DNA from: Nageia nagi
Lineage: Eukaryota; Plantae; Pinophyta
DNA length: 64,000 nucleotides
Assembly: GCA_050084985.1 (NCBI GenBank)
Contig: JBITNC010000001.1
Span: 28,954,001-29,018,000, forward strand
Reading direction: 5' to 3'
Every line of letters starts with the position of its first letter. Position 1 is the stretch's first letter. The position numbers were made by a program, and so were the translations under genes. Under the pieces are notes generated by a model that was not told where the DNA came from, did no database searches, and worked only from the letters and a program-made list of their open reading frames with translations. Positions 14,204-26,559 of the stretch are shown piece after piece.

Positions 14204-14360
14204 CTAGCTTTGATATAACCCCTTATATATCAAAAAACGTCGAGAGATATCATTTCGAGGTGCCTATCTTGGATATAGCAATACCAAGAAATGAGATAGG
14301 CGCCTCGAAATGATATCTCTCAATGTTTTTTGATATATAAGAGGTTATATCAAAGCTAGT
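14203..14360. repeat. Near-perfect inverted repeat, 67-bp arms (14203-14269 / 14294-14360), 24-nt loop
   Basis: actagctttgatataacc…gaggtgcctatct versus agataggcgcctc…ggttatatcaaagctagt; about 4 mismatches. Confidence 0.95.
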
Positions 14361-14748
14361 TAACTTTGTACTGGTAAAATTAAATATTTCTAAAATTCAT
14401 ATTCCTTCTAATAAAGAAATTTGTATTTCTAATAAAAATTAAGTATTTCAAAACTTTAACTTTTTAATAAGACCTATTATTATAAAATAAAAAAAAATAG
14501 TTAAATAAAAAAAAATATTATTACAATTTTAAATATAATACTAAAACATACTTTAATATACAACAATATCTCTAAATTTACTCCTACATATTTATAACAA
14601 ATAAATAACCATCATTATTTACTATTTATTTTTAATGCAAATCTTCTCTCCTTGTGTAAAACTAACTTATTTCAAAATTAAATTAATTATACATAAATCT
14701 AACCATTAAATAACCCAAAAGAGGAAGTCCATTAACCCGCTTAACATA

Positions 14749-14934
14749 TTGACTTCAATGTTTTCTGATCAAGAATTTTTACAACGTTTCAATGCATCCC
14801 TTTGACCATAGGAAATTAGGAAAGCGAAGCCAATTTCCAGGAACGAACCTCCTTAACATGGTGTTTGATCAACGCTGATATTCCTCAATTTCGAGGAAGG
14901 GAGGTGCGGTAGAGTGTCCGTCCCCTGCTATAAT
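14749..14934 (+). promoter_or_regulatory. Putative promoter upstream of the ACS fragment: two W-boxes and a TATA-like element
   Basis: TTGACT 14749-14754, TTGACC 14802-14807, TATAAT 14929-14934 (~70 bp before ATG 15004). Confidence 0.4.
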
Positions 14935-15003
14935 AGAAATGGCTAATTTGGTTTAAAAAGACACAACATTCAAGTAATCGTTGATTTCTCATACGAACCC
15001 ATC

Positions 15004-15372
15004 ATGCAAGCTCCGTTAAGGATTTCGCGTATGGCAATGTGCAATGAGCACGGTGTCTCTCCTTACTTCGATGGGCAAAAAGCGTATGAAAGAAATCCTT
15101 ATCATCCACAGCCCAATCGTTGTGGAATCATCCAAATGGGCTTGGCCGAAAATCAAGTATTCACTTATCATCCAAATTGCAATTATACTAATCCAGGCGT
15201 CATGGAAGCTCCGTCAGCGATTTCGAGTATGGCAACATGTAATGGGCACGGTGAAGACTCTCCTTACTTCGATGGGTGGAAAGCCTGTGACACAAATCCT
15301 TACCACCAAAAACACAACCGTTCTGGCATTATCCAAATGGGCTTGGCTGGAAATCAGGTTAAGAGGAACTGA
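15004..15372 (+). pseudogene. ACS: ACC synthase gene fragment: exon 1 present twice in tandem (15004-15156; 15202-15357) in one open 122-aa frame; remaining exons absent
   Basis: HGEDSPYFDGWKA.D.NPYH…GIIQMGLA(E/G)NQ is the diagnostic ACS N-terminus; both copies end at the conserved intron-1 donor NQ|GT. Confidence 0.92.
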
Positions 15373-17340
15373 TCTAACTCGTGGCATCATATATGTGCCG
15401 GGACTCAATTTAATATTTCAGTGGGCTATATAATTTTAATTTTAAAAAAATTATTTTCTCACCAATTGTTTAACGGACGGACTCACATGCGACATTTTGC
15501 TCCTCCACTCCACCCCCATGCTGCAGCTGTAGAAACGCCTCTCGACGTAATTAGCTTAAAAAAAATTAGCTACTAAACATGCATTTAACTTAAAATTTAA
15601 TAGTCATACCATATTTGTATAAACGGTTTAAGTAAAAATCTTAGAAATTTTCCCTCTTTTTTACTTAAAAGTAATATGATTAAAAAAAAATCTCCCTCTT
15701 AATACTTAAGAGATATTAAAAAATTAACCTCCTCTTTGGCAATTCTAAAAAAATTATCCTCAACAAGAAAAGAGTTAATGAGGTATTTAAAAAAAAAAAA
15801 AAAAGACTAAGTCATCCATAAGTCTGCAAAGAATTAATTAAAAGTATGTACCAATACTCCTAGTGCATCCAAATTTAATGCAAATTTTGAATTTTTACTC
15901 CATGCATTAGTCTAATTAAAGCATGTCATGATGAAAAAAAAAAGCTTACTTATCAAACAAAGAAAAGAAATTGTTAATACCTCAACAGAAAAAGGTTTTT
16001 AATAAGCATAGAACAAATAGAGCATATAAGAGTGCCATGTTCCTGCAAGAGGAGGGAGGAGCAGTAGGTACTGAGCGGGGGTCACATGATGGGTTCTCCC
16101 ATCGTCCTACAAAAGCTAGTCAAGACAGAATGGGAGATGACATAGATGTTTGCTTGGAGTGCGAAGGGAAGGAGAGTGAGATGCAGTAGGGAGACTGCTA
16201 TTGCCATGTGGAGAATGGGGTTGGGGTTGGGCATGCATGTAGAGAAGCTAGCGATCGATAGGCTTCGTTAGGTTGCAAGCTGAGAGGGCAAGCTGCAGAT
16301 GATAGAAGGGGTTGCAGGTGCATAACAAGCAGGAGTACGAGTGAGGACCTGAACTTTGTTGTTGGTCATACACAGGTAAGAGTTTCTACGTAATCAAGAC
16401 CATATCTTAAGCAAGAGCCATGCAAAGGCAAAACAAAGGTCATGGAGCGGAGGAAGGTCAGAGTGGGAGACATTGCTCAACCTTTATAATCGATTTTTAG
16501 TGCTATTTATGTAATCTATTTAATAGCGCAGATTTGTGATACTACCAAAGGGCTGCACTACAGGCTAGTAGGATTGGGGTTGCGGGGAAATACTAATTCA
16601 AGTTTTGTGCACATGACTTGCAAGCCTGGTGAAAATTGCAATTAGTTTAGCTTTGCTGTAAGCATAGAACCAGCCAAAGTATAGTGATTAAGTTCATCAT
16701 TATAGAATTTATGTACAACAAATCCTCTCCATTGGAAACTTTAACTTTGTGACTTTGCCATTTTCAGCTATTTATAAAATGCCATTTATTAAAGTTTATA
16801 ATTTATCTTGGCTATTCTTGCATGAGAGAAACAAGACACTAACATTTCTAATATTCTCTAAATATGGCACAAACTTGTGTAAATCCTCCAAAAGATATGA
16901 GAACATGTTCCTTCTAAGGTTCCACACTTTTTTTTATTCTTAGAATAATCCTGGATAATATTTGAAAGTTTATTATCAAAAATATATATATATATCTATA
17001 TGATAAAGCATCCATCCCAATAGTATACAAAATTACACTTGATACTCCCCCCATCCTCCTTTTTTAATCTCAACAAGATACATAATCTTTGAAAAATACA
17101 AGTTTATAACATATTATTGCTATAATCAACAATTTATCAAAATTGTAACTAAAAGATATTAAAAAATCATAGCAATAATATGTAAATACATTTATTTTAT
17201 ATAAAAGAATAGATTAACTCATATCAAAAAAAAAAAATTAGAAACATCATGAGATAATCCCAAAAAAAAAGGAGAGATTTATACCTATTATTGATTTTAC
17301 TTCAACAAGACCTCCAAGATGTTGAAGAAGAGTTTCCACA

Positions 17341-17780
17341 CCAAGCTTTGATACCAAAATGAAAGAACTAACATTAATAAGATAATTCCTAATTAACCAA
17401 GATCATATGAAAGCTCACAATAAGTTCTAACAAACTCACAAAACAATCTCACAACACAAGATGTAAGTGGTTCCTCCAACTAAGAGTACATCCACTAACT
17501 AGATCTTCACTTCAATCACAAATACAACTCTCTTACAATTCTCCTAATCTCAAATCCTACACTTCTATCTTATAGCATAACATTACTTCACAATTGGTGT
17601 CTGATCACAAAGAGGAAGCTTTCTATTTATAGACCAAAAACCCTCTTTGGATCACCTTTTTATCCAATGTACAAAAGCATGAAATACACATTCTTTATCA
17701 AATGATACCATTAAGTATTAGTGAATTTACATAGAAGATTTAATACAAACCTTTACAATAATGCATTATACATTTCAACA
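17341..17780 (-). mobile_element. 5' LTR (17360-17780) plus tRNA-iMet PBS of a truncated copia-type element
   Basis: TG…CA termini; PBS tggtatcaaagcttgg (reverse complement of 17341-17356); homologous to the solo LTR at 37471-37976. Confidence 0.85.
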
Positions 17781-20700
17781 TAGGACCCTCACATTGACAC
17801 TTTAATTGCTAGGGACCCCATGTTGGCATCTTAAGTGATCATTATCCCCACCTTAGTATTATGAGTGATCATGATCCCCATGCTAGCACTTTAAGTGATT
17901 GGACCCCCAAAAAGCCCAACATTAGATTAGATGGGCCTAGGATGACTCCTAATTAAGATCCAAACATGAGTAATGTATAAATAGACATTGGAGCTTCATT
18001 ATTGGACACCATTTATTGGTTATTACTTCTACTACAATTCTTCAAATATAAGTTTTAGTGGTGCTAAGCAACACTTCTTATGAGAAATATCTAGAGGGTA
18101 GTTAGGTTGAGAGATCTTATTTATCCACAGTTTTGGTGGAGAACCTTTTCCCATCTGATGGCATTTCAAAGGTTTACTTTGACCATTTAGTCGATTAGCC
18201 AGAGTTTGAGGAGGGCTCCTTCAATGGAGAGGATTCAATTTTTGAGGGGTAGATCTTTCCCAAGGTTTCATAGTTCATTCAATATTGGAGATATAAGACA
18301 TTGTGCCCTAGTTGGCTTCTTAGAGGCCAATGACTTCCCATTAGGGATTGGTATTTGTCTTTCATTCATCGTATATCATTTATATACATCTAGAGGATAC
18401 TAGATCTCATTATTGTATTATATTATCTCATACTTGTGCATGCATTGGATCTCAATGGTTGTATGTACTTGTATTTATCATGCGATGGCACTTTAATGTA
18501 TTATTTATTGGATTATGCATGTATGAGCTAGACATTGGTATTTTGGGGTTGTATTCATTAATGTATGCTTGTAATTACTAGACATTGGTATGTTTCCATT
18601 CTTATGAGGTGTATTGCATAATCTAACCCTGGCATTACTATATTGAGGGTTTGTTGGTTCATGTGTGGTGCCCTAGACCTAATGTCAAGGCTTGATGATC
18701 CTATATTGTTAGTTTGATATGGAATATAATTTTTGGATCATTACAAATGGTATTAGATCCTGGATCTAGCCATCCTATGTATGAAACCCAAGAACCATTG
18801 CTAGTACACTAGGTACAATAGCTGAAGAGGTATGGCATATATTGAAGAGCAAAAGATCACATGAAGAGGAGACATCAAAGAGAGCCATATAGGATAGATG
18901 ACCATAGATGAATGAGAAGTTAGAATAGAGGGTTTCTATTGATGAGAGAGAATTACAGGGAGAGATGTAGAGGGTTTTTAACAGGAGAAGCTCCACTCTG
19001 ATTTGGGGATCCATTCTCAAATGGAAGTTTAATTAGCTCATTTTGATCATTCACAATATAACCGAAGTGATGAATTATATGTATCAAAAGATAAATAAAC
19101 ATTGAGAAGATCTTGATGAGACAAAGAGGTGCCATACATGCCCATGACATACCAAAGAAGATAGGGAAGCATCGTGTCATATTTAGGATGAGAGGGGGCA
19201 CCCACAATAGGCCAAGGAAGTTAGGGAGCACCCACATTAGGCCAAGGATGAGAGGGAGAATCCATGTCTAGAAAAAGATAACCAAGAGACCCCACATCCA
19301 TCTAGGGATGATAGAGGAACCCCACATCTAGTCATAGGAGATAAAGAGGAGATAGACATGAGTTGTTTAAGGAGGATTAAATTGATCATAAACCTAGCTT
19401 GAGGAGATATTAAAACCTAAGGGATGGGGAGTCCACTCACCATGGGTCAATGGGACAACCAAAGGCCATTTTCCTAATATCTCACTCATATAGAGCACCC
19501 CATGGTACAAACCCTCTCCTAGGGAGGTAGCTAGAGGAGGAAATTGGTAGGGAAGAAGAGAAGCTAGTAATTTCAAATCCATTTAGGCCCATGTTTGCAT
19601 AGAAGATTGGGGAGGCTTCAAAGAGTAAGGTGCCCAGTTTGGTAGAGTTGAACTAGATCTTCAGAGAGTATTCCATGTTGGATCCAAGATTAAGGAGGGA
19701 TGTCAACTTCAACTGCTACCTTGAGCTCTTGGGATTGAAGGGTAGATGTCCATAGGGTCCACATCATTCAGGGAGCCCATGGGAGGAGAAGAAGGACTTA
19801 TAACATAATATCAGCAAAATGCAAGTGCCTATGTACGATGGGAAGAAGATGACTACTAAGGTATAGCTACATCAATTGCAGACATATTTCACACTAAACC
19901 CTAGCATGATGGAGGAGGATGTGATTCATTTCATATCATTGCACTTGAAGGGTGATTCCCTATAATTATGGTAACATGGAGTGATCAGTTAGGGGTATTC
20001 ACTAATCACCTCATTCGATGAGTTTGCAAGGAGGTTGGTGAAGAGGTTTGATCAAAAGAAGGAGAATGACTACTTATGGGATCTATTAGCATTTAGACTA
20101 TTGAGAGCTATGGATGAGTATGTGATAAAGTTTCAGAGGATAGTCATCATTATTCATCACATTCTGAAGGAGAGACTAGCTTTCCTTTTAATTGAGGGGT
20201 TAATAGAGCCTCTATGAGGTATGGTCAAGGTGTCCTCTCCTAGGACCCTTGATGATGCTATCTAGATAACCTACAACTTAGATCCCATTATGAAATCCCT
20301 TAGGGAAGGATTGACATCCAAGGGACCAGCTAATCAAGCTAAGGGGCCTCACAAGGCCAAGATGCTTCCTCCATCCAATCCAAATCAGTTGGATGTAGCT
20401 ACATGGAGGAAGCTGAGAGAAGAGGGAAAATGCTTCTACTACAAGAATACTTAGGAGCTTGGGCACCATTATTTACAAAAAGGATAAGTGCATTACATTA
20501 AAGTGTTCTTGAAGGATGATTCAGATGATTCAGAATTAGATTTGGGAGCTAATATTGAGGACTCAAGATCACCACAAGTTGAGGACACTTTTGAGAGCAT
20601 GATTGATTCACTCCATGGGTTGAATAAGTACTTAACATTGAAGATAGTGGGATAGGATAGTGGAATAGGCTAGTGTACAGGATGTGATGGTGTTGATTGA

Positions 20701-23700
20701 TCCTGGAGCTTCCCACAACTTCATAGATATCAGCTTTATAAAGAAGAAGAACCTGAAGACCAAGGCATCTGAGGGGTTTTGAGTTTCCAATGCCAATGGA
20801 AAACTCACCTTGATTGATCACATTGTTAAGCAATTTGGGGTGAGATTGCATAATTGTATGTTAAGGGAGGATTTTTACATTTACCCTTTGAAGGGTCATC
20901 CTCATATCATTCTAAGATTTTATTGGTTATTTTATTTAAGGTACATTCATACTAACTATTAAAAAATCACTATGAGTTTCAAAATAAATGGTAAGACACA
21001 CACATTGTAGGGTATCTAAGATGATTGTCTACAGGTGGACGACAAGCATCTGGAGGTGATCGATTGGTGTCAATAGAAGGAGGATGTTGAAGGAGAGGCC
21101 ATGTTGCAACCCAAGCAGCTAGGAAGGATCATGTTGGTTCATGGAGGGGTTGAAGCCCCAATGTTAGACATGTTGGAGGTTTTCTAGCCCATGTTGGGCA
21201 TTCAAGAGTCTTACCCCCCTATGTTGATAATTCTAAGGAGTAGCCATCCCATGTTGAGCATTTGGGAGGCTTATCATGCCATGTTGGTTATATAAGAGGA
21301 TTGGAATCCCATGTCAAGGATTAGGGAGGCAAGGATTCCAGCTAAGAGGTGATATGATGATGGGCACCCATCATTAAGCTTGAAGGAGGTTGCATTCCCC
21401 TCATGGAGGATTCAAGAGTTGGAGGATGAGGTGATTTCTTACCTCACATTGATCGTAAGGAGCTTGGGAGGTTTTGAGTGGAGTTTGGAGAAGATATTAT
21501 TTCCTAAGTGGATCTTAGGATCTACTTGCTTTTCACTATCTATGATCTTTTTAAGGTTCTTATAGGTACAGTTTAGCCTAGGTATGCATGCACTTCTATT
21601 GGTATGGAGGATCTGCATTGAGCATCTTCTAAGGAGTGATAGTTATAAAAAAAATGCAACTTGCATTGAGATAGCTCCAACCATCCACTCCTCCCTACCA
21701 TCTAGTATGGTGCATATTGAAGCTGCATTCCAACACCATGTGCTTCAATTGATAGTTCCATAGGATGTATGGGAAACTAGGTATTGTGATCTCCTACGAT
21801 TGCTTAAGGGTAAGCAATTCAAGAGGGGAGGCTTTGTGATGTCCCCCTTGTACTTTTAGTGGTACTAGTTTGGTCACCTATTACTATACTTTATTGATGT
21901 ACTTCCATTTGCATTATTGTAACTTAGGTTAGGAGATTTAATGGGTTAAGTGGACCCCATTGTGAGCCCTATGTGGGATGTCTCCCTCCTAAGTAGTACA
22001 TTAGGCATGTATTGTATTGGAGTTCCCATATTGTAGGAATCCTAAGTTATATTACTAGCATGCTAAAACCATATTGGGGAGGGCCTCACACCCCCACATT
22101 AGCTCATGATGACTCCAGGATCCCCACATTGGCATTATGAGTGATCATGACCCCCACCTTGGCACTTTATGTGATTAGGCCCCCAAAAGCCCAATGTTGG
22201 ATTAGATGGGCCTATGATGACTCCTAAGTGAGATCAGGATATGAGTAATGTATAAATAGACATTGGAGCTTCATTATTGGACACCACTTATTGATTATTA
22301 CTTCTACTACAATCCTTCAAACATAAATCTTAATTATGCTAAGCAATTATTCCTAGATGAAGCATCTAGAGGGCAATTAGGTTGAGGGATCTTGATTATC
22401 TATAATATTAGTTGAGCTACTTTTCTAATTTGATGGAATTTCAAGGGTTTACTTATACCATTCATTTGTTCAGCCAGAGTTCTAGGAGGGCTCCTTTAGT
22501 AGAGAGGATTCAAGATATGAGGGGGTAGATCTATCCCATGGTTTTGTAGTTTGATCGGTATTGGAGATATTAGACATTATGCCCTAGTTGGATCCTTGGA
22601 GACCAATAACAACCCATTAGGGCTTGGTATTGTATTGTATTGCATTCATTATATATCATTTGTATACAACTAGAGGATACTGAATCTCATTATTATGTTG
22701 TATTATCTCATACTTGTGCATGCATTGGATCTCAATGGTTGTATGTATTTATCATGCAATGGTTATTTAATGTATTATTGATTGGATTATGCATGTATGA
22801 GTTAGATGTTGGCATTTTGGGATTGTACTCATTAATGTATGCTTGTAATTGCTAGATGCTAGCATGTTGAGGTATTAATGATTAGATATTGCATGTTATA
22901 CTCAGATGTTGGCATCTTGAGGATTTGAATGTTTAATCTTAATGCCCTAGTCTTAATGTTTCATGATTGAGGGTTTGATTGTATGTATTTATGGTGATTT
23001 CTTACCTCACACTAATTGTGAGGAGCTTGGGAGGTACTCAGTGGATTTTCGAGAAGATGTTACTTCCTAAGTGGAGCTTAGGATCTACTTGCTTTTCATT
23101 GACTATGATCTTTTCAAGATTCTTATAGGTACTATTTAGCCTAGGTATGCATACACTTCTATGGCTATGGAGAATCTGCATTAAGAATCTACTGAGGAGT
23201 GATAATTATAACAAACCAGAGAATCTACAACTTGCACTGAGATAGGAGCATGGAGCTCCAACCATCCACTTGTCACTCCCATCTGACATGATGCATATTA
23301 AATTTACACTCCACCACCATGTGCTTTGGTTGACAATTTCAGAGGATGCATAGGAGATTAGGTGCTATGATCTCCTATGATTTCTTGAGGGTATGCAATG
23401 CAATAGGGGAGGCTTTGTGATGTCCCCTTGAACTTTTAGTGGTACCAGGTTGGTCACCTTGTACTATACTTTATTGATATACTTGCATTTGCATTGTTGT
23501 AATTTATGTAAGAGACTTAATGGGTCAAGTGGACCCCACTGTGAGCCCCAAGTGGGACATCTCACTCCTAAGGAATAGATTAGGCATGTATTGTATTATA
23601 GATCCCAAATTGTAGGAATCCTAAGGTATATTTATGCATTAAAGTGATGGATGACCTCATACATGCAAGCACCACACTAAGGAGGGCCCCACATCCCCAC

Positions 23701-24697
23701 ATTGGCTCATGAGGACTCCAAGATCCCCATGTTGGTACTTTAGGTGCTAAGGACCCCACTTTGGCATATTAAGTGATCATGACCCCCATGTTAGTATAAT
23801 GAGTGATCATGACCCCCATGTTAGCATTATGAGTGATCATGACCCCCACATTGGCACTTTAAGTTATTAGGCCCCCCAAAAGCCCAACGTTGGATTAGAT
23901 GGGCCTATGGTGACTTCTAGGTGAGATTCGAATATGAGTAATGTATAAATAGACATTGGAGCTTTATTATTGGATACCACTTATTGATTATTAATTCTAC
24001 TATAGTGCTTCAAACACAAATCTTAACAGTGTTAAGCAACTATTCCTAAATGGAGCATCTAAAGGCCAATTAGGCTAAGGGATCTTGATTACTTACAATA
24101 TTGGTGGAGCACCTTTGCCCATTTGATGGAATTCTAAGGGTTTACTTCTACTGTTCATTCATTTAGCTAGAGTTTGAGGAGGGATCCTTTAGTGGAGAGG
24201 ATTTGAGATATGAGGGGGTAGATCTATCTCATGGTTTTGTAGTTCATTCGATATTGGAGATATCAGATATCATGCCCTAGTTGGCTCTTTAGAGACCAAC
24301 AACTACCCATTGGTTTGGTATTGTATTGAATTCATTGTATATAATTTATATATAGCCAAAGAGCATTGGATCTTATTTTGTATTATGTATTCCATACTTG
24401 TGCATTATGCTCATGGTGCATGTATGAATCAGACATTGGCATTTTGATGTTTTATTCATTGTTATATGCTTGTAAATGCTAGATGTTGGCATACTGAGCT
24501 ATTAATGATTGGATATTTCATGTTATACTTATACATTGGTATCTTAAATATTTAAATATTTAATCTTAATAGCCTAGTCTTAATGTTGCATGCTTGATGG
24601 TTTGATTGGATGTGTTTGATGCCTTAGACTTGATGTTAGGGCTTGATGATTTTGTATTTGCTAATTTGTGGTGATTTTTAATTTTTGGATCATCACA
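17781..24697 (+). mobile_element. Ty3/gypsy-derived non-autonomous element (gag plus protease only, TR-GAG-like) with three LTR copies: 17781-18745 (5'-truncated), 21835-~22990 (3'-truncated), 23416-24697
   Basis: LTR similarity visible throughout; PBS tggtattaga at 18748; decayed retrotransposon gag and protease LIDPGASHNFID (~20690-20730); purine tracts before tgtgat at 21835 and 23416; no RT or integrase found. Confidence 0.88.
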
Positions 24698-26528
24698 TTC
24701 AAGATGATTCAATTCAAGTATTAATTCAACAAGTCCAGATTGATCCTACTAGTAAACTAAATTTCTCTTAGCAAGATGGAGTTTTATGCTTCAAAGGCCA
24801 CATTGCATTGCCATCCACTTCTTCCTTTTGAGAAGTAATACTTTAGGAATTGCATGTTGCATCATTAGCCGAACATTCAAGGTTTCTCAAAACTTATAAA
24901 AAAATGGCTTGATCTTTTTATTAGGATACAATGAAATAGTAGATCAAGAAATTTATTACCAAATGTGATATTTTTCAATGATAGAAAGGTGAAACAGTTG
25001 GCACTCCTAGTTTACTTTAGCCCTTACCTATCCCAAGTCATACTTAGATTGATATTTTGATGGACTTCATTGAAGGTATTCTTAAGTCTCAAGGTAAATC
25101 TATTATTTTGATGGGATTTAATTGATTATCTAAGTATGCACACTTTTGCTCTTTAGCACAATCATTTAAAGTTGTTAATGTGGCCCAACTTTGTGTTGAT
25201 AATATCTTCAAGCTTCATGGTATGACCTCTACCATAGTTAGTGATCGAGATCCTACATTCATTAGAAAATTCTAGTAAAAATGTTTCAAGTTGTAAGGAA
25301 CTCAACTCAAAATGAGTTCAACCTATCACCCCCATATTGATAGATAGTCTAAAATTGTTAACAAGTGCTTGAAAACCTATTTGTGTTATTTTGCATCAAC
25401 TCAACCAGTTCATTGGGTAAAATGGATTCCTTTGGCAAAATGATGGTATAACATTTCATACCATACAACTATTCAAATGACACTATATGAAGCATTGTAT
25501 GGTTAGGCATCATCCACAGTGATAAAATATATCCCAAGAAGTACGAGGGTCAAAGTAGTTCATATTTATTTATATACTCAAGTAGATATTCTTCATCTTA
25601 TTTATAAGAATTTATGGATTTCTCAACACTACATGAAGCAACATACTGATCAGAATCAGGTGGAATGAGAATTTCAAACAAGCGATATGGTCTTCTTATG
25701 CCTTCAACCAAATAGATAGAAATCCTTGAAGATTAAGGGTCCTCAAAAATTGGCTCCAAAATTTTATGGCCCCTACAAAGTTCTCTAATGCATTGGACCT
25801 ACTATTTATAAGTTATAATTACCAATGTCCTCCAAGGTTCATCTTATATTTCATGTCTGAAAAAGGTAGTGGGATCACAAGTTTAGATTTAATCAGAGTT
25901 ACCAGAATTCACTAATGATCTCTCCATCAAGATTGAACTTGAAGCAATTTTGAAAAAATGCACCCTCAACCTTCATCATTGCACTATAACCCAAGTTTTG
26001 ATTTAGTGGTAGGGGCTAGCACTTGAAGATGTAACATGGGAAAAAGCACAGGTGCTTCAAAAGGAGTTTCCAAATTTCTAGCTTTGAGAACGAAGTTGTT
26101 TCCAAGAGAGGTCACATATTAGGATCCCACATCCTAACATTTACTTAGGTTTATTTATGTTTTAGTTAATTTAATTATTTACTTGCATTGACTTGTAATG
26201 TGATCCATCATATTTTGTAAGTCAAAATGCCATTTTGAATGTAAATTGCCAATTAGGGTAGGAGGACTATACTTGTAAGAGGGGTAAAGAGAGCATCTTA
26301 GAAAATCATTTCTATTTTTGAGTAGTAAGGAGGAATTCTCCTTAAAGAGGCCTACAATTTGTATTGCTATCAGTAAAGTTATTTTGTTATGTTATCTATT
26401 ATTAATCTGAGTATCTTATTCCATTTTATTTACTTGATGCATTACGAGCTTGTGGTTATTTCATATTTCAGTATTTTCTTGTGATATTTGGGGTAGAATC
26501 CCTTTTTACTTCTGCTAGGTTCCTAATA
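24698..26528 (+). mobile_element. Chromovirus (Ty3/gypsy) 3' part: integrase, chromodomain, PPT and ~410-bp LTR (26117-26528)
   Basis: Decayed MDFIEG..KSQGKS, IFKLHG..TIVSDRDP, MSSTYHP, KLAPKFYGPYKV and chromo-like EDVTWE; LTR inverted termini tattagga…tcctaata. Confidence 0.88.
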
Positions 26529-26559
26529 TTATATTCCTAAGGTATTATTTGTTACTCAT

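Larger units (their letters stand above)
14204..15547 (-). mobile_element. Gene-capturing insert (Helitron/Helentron-like or Pack-type) of ~1.35 kb
   Basis: Interrupts the host tandem repeat, which can be rebuilt as catgtatTAattagcttaaaa; flanked by TA/TA; minus-strand 3' end is CTAG|T; 10-bp asymmetric inverted repeat acgtcgagag (14237-14246) / ctctcgacgt (15539-15548); retains CpG unlike its flanks. Confidence 0.55.

Noticed and set aside
15157-15196. GT…CAG 40-nt candidate intron between the ACS copies
   Set aside because: Shorter than typical plant introns, and removing it would shift the frame of copy 2.
18348-18581. Similar short ORFs at 18348 and 22640 as a duplicated gene
   Set aside because: They are the same segment of two LTR copies.
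23690-23870. Regular ~30-bp repeats (also 13840-14203) as a CRISPR-like array
   Set aside because: Head-to-tail minisatellites without unique spacers, inside plant retroelements; no cas genes.
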